A DNA stretch of 64,000 bases from Strigamia acuminata (Eukaryota), in NCBI GenBank assembly GCA_949358305.1, contig OX442314.1, positions 4,836,001 to 4,900,000 of the forward strand. Direction: 5' to 3'. Positions 63,240-64,000 of the stretch are shown here, one piece after another (positions within the stretch are counted from its first letter, which is position 1; each line of letters opens with the position of its first letter). A model generated the notes under the pieces. That model did not search any database, was not told where the DNA came from, and worked only from the letters and a program-made list of their open reading frames with translations. The position numbers and the translations under genes are program-made.

Positions 63240-63650
63240 TGTGCACAAATATAAAAATGGCCGAAAAAAAAATTTTGTCACCAGGTGGCGATTTTTTTGT
63301 TGTTGCATGACTTTCTTATCTGCATAAATATAAAAATGGCCGGAAAAAAAATTTGTCACCAGGTGGCGATTTTTATTTATTTTTTTTGCTTGACTTACTT
63401 ATGTACACAAATATAAAAATGGCCGAAAAAAAAAATTTTGTCACCAGGTGGCGATTTTTATTTTTTATTTTGCTTGACTTTCTTATGTACACGAATATAA
63501 AAATGGCCGAAAAAAATAAATTTTGTCACCAGGTGGCGATTTTTATTTTTTATTTTGCTTGACTTTCTTACGTGCAGAAATATAAAAATGGCCGAAGAAA
63601 ATAAATTTTGTCACCAGGTGGCCTTTTTTTGTGCATGACTTTCTTATGGG
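63240..63650. repeat. Five-copy 78-85-bp tandem repeat with CTCF-like and YY1-like motifs
   Basis: Each unit has AAAAATGGCCG and TCACCAGGTGGC(G); the latter at 63278, 63356, 63441, 63526, 63611. Confidence 0.9.
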
Positions 63651-64000
63651 AAGTTTATTTTGCACCTTAATGGGGCCTGACCCGTTGCGGGGGAGAAAGG
63701 CGTGGTCTCACGGGGACTAATTAGTGAGTTTGCTCATCTCGTATTCTCTCTCTCTAGGCGGCGGCAAAACGAGAGAGGAAGGAGAAAGGGAAAAAAGAAT
63801 GGCGTGATGGATGAAGTGCGACGACTGGTGAGGAAGGGAAGTTTATGAGTTTGCCAAGTGTTTAGTCACACTGTCGGTTTGATGGCGGATATTTTTCGGC
63901 GAAATGTTTTTGGAATTGTTGGAGGGATTTTTCGTGGTTTTGTTACGTTTTTGGTGGTTTTGTTACGTTTTTTGGTGGTATTGTTACGTTTTTTAATTTT

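Noticed and set aside
63240..63650. Possible CRISPR-like repeat-spacer array
   Set aside because: The intervening sequences are homologous to each other, so it is a tandem repeat.
63758..63827. Possible plus-strand exon after a CT-rich acceptor
   Set aside because: Short, low-complexity and purine-rich, with no recognisable peptide or partner exon in the window.

Overview
AT-rich animal genomic DNA with spliceosomal introns. Interstitial TTAGG-type repeats suggest an arthropod (inference). Two well-supported DNA-repair genes lie head-to-head with start codons 391 bp apart: BABAM2/BRE (minus strand, 11 exons, 20948->16390, about 379 aa, last intron GC-AG) and MUS81 (plus strand, 16 exons, 21340->28932, about 665 aa). 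A young 1.8-kb gag-only Ty3/Gypsy (Mag-like) LTR element sits at 4985-6804, with identical LTRs, a tRNA-Ser PBS, a PPT, a 5-bp TSD and non-canonical termini. There is a candidate two-exon orphan gene at 34798-36146 and a probable first coding exon of another gene at 12586-12770. The rest is DNA-transposon debris (hAT, Harbinger with a MADF exon, MULE, Tc1/mariner-type MITEs, Helentron/DINE-like), SINE and RNA-derived relics, and many tandem arrays whose units are mostly multiples of about 10 bp. Exon boundaries were read by hand from splice signals and recalled homology. No database searches were run.
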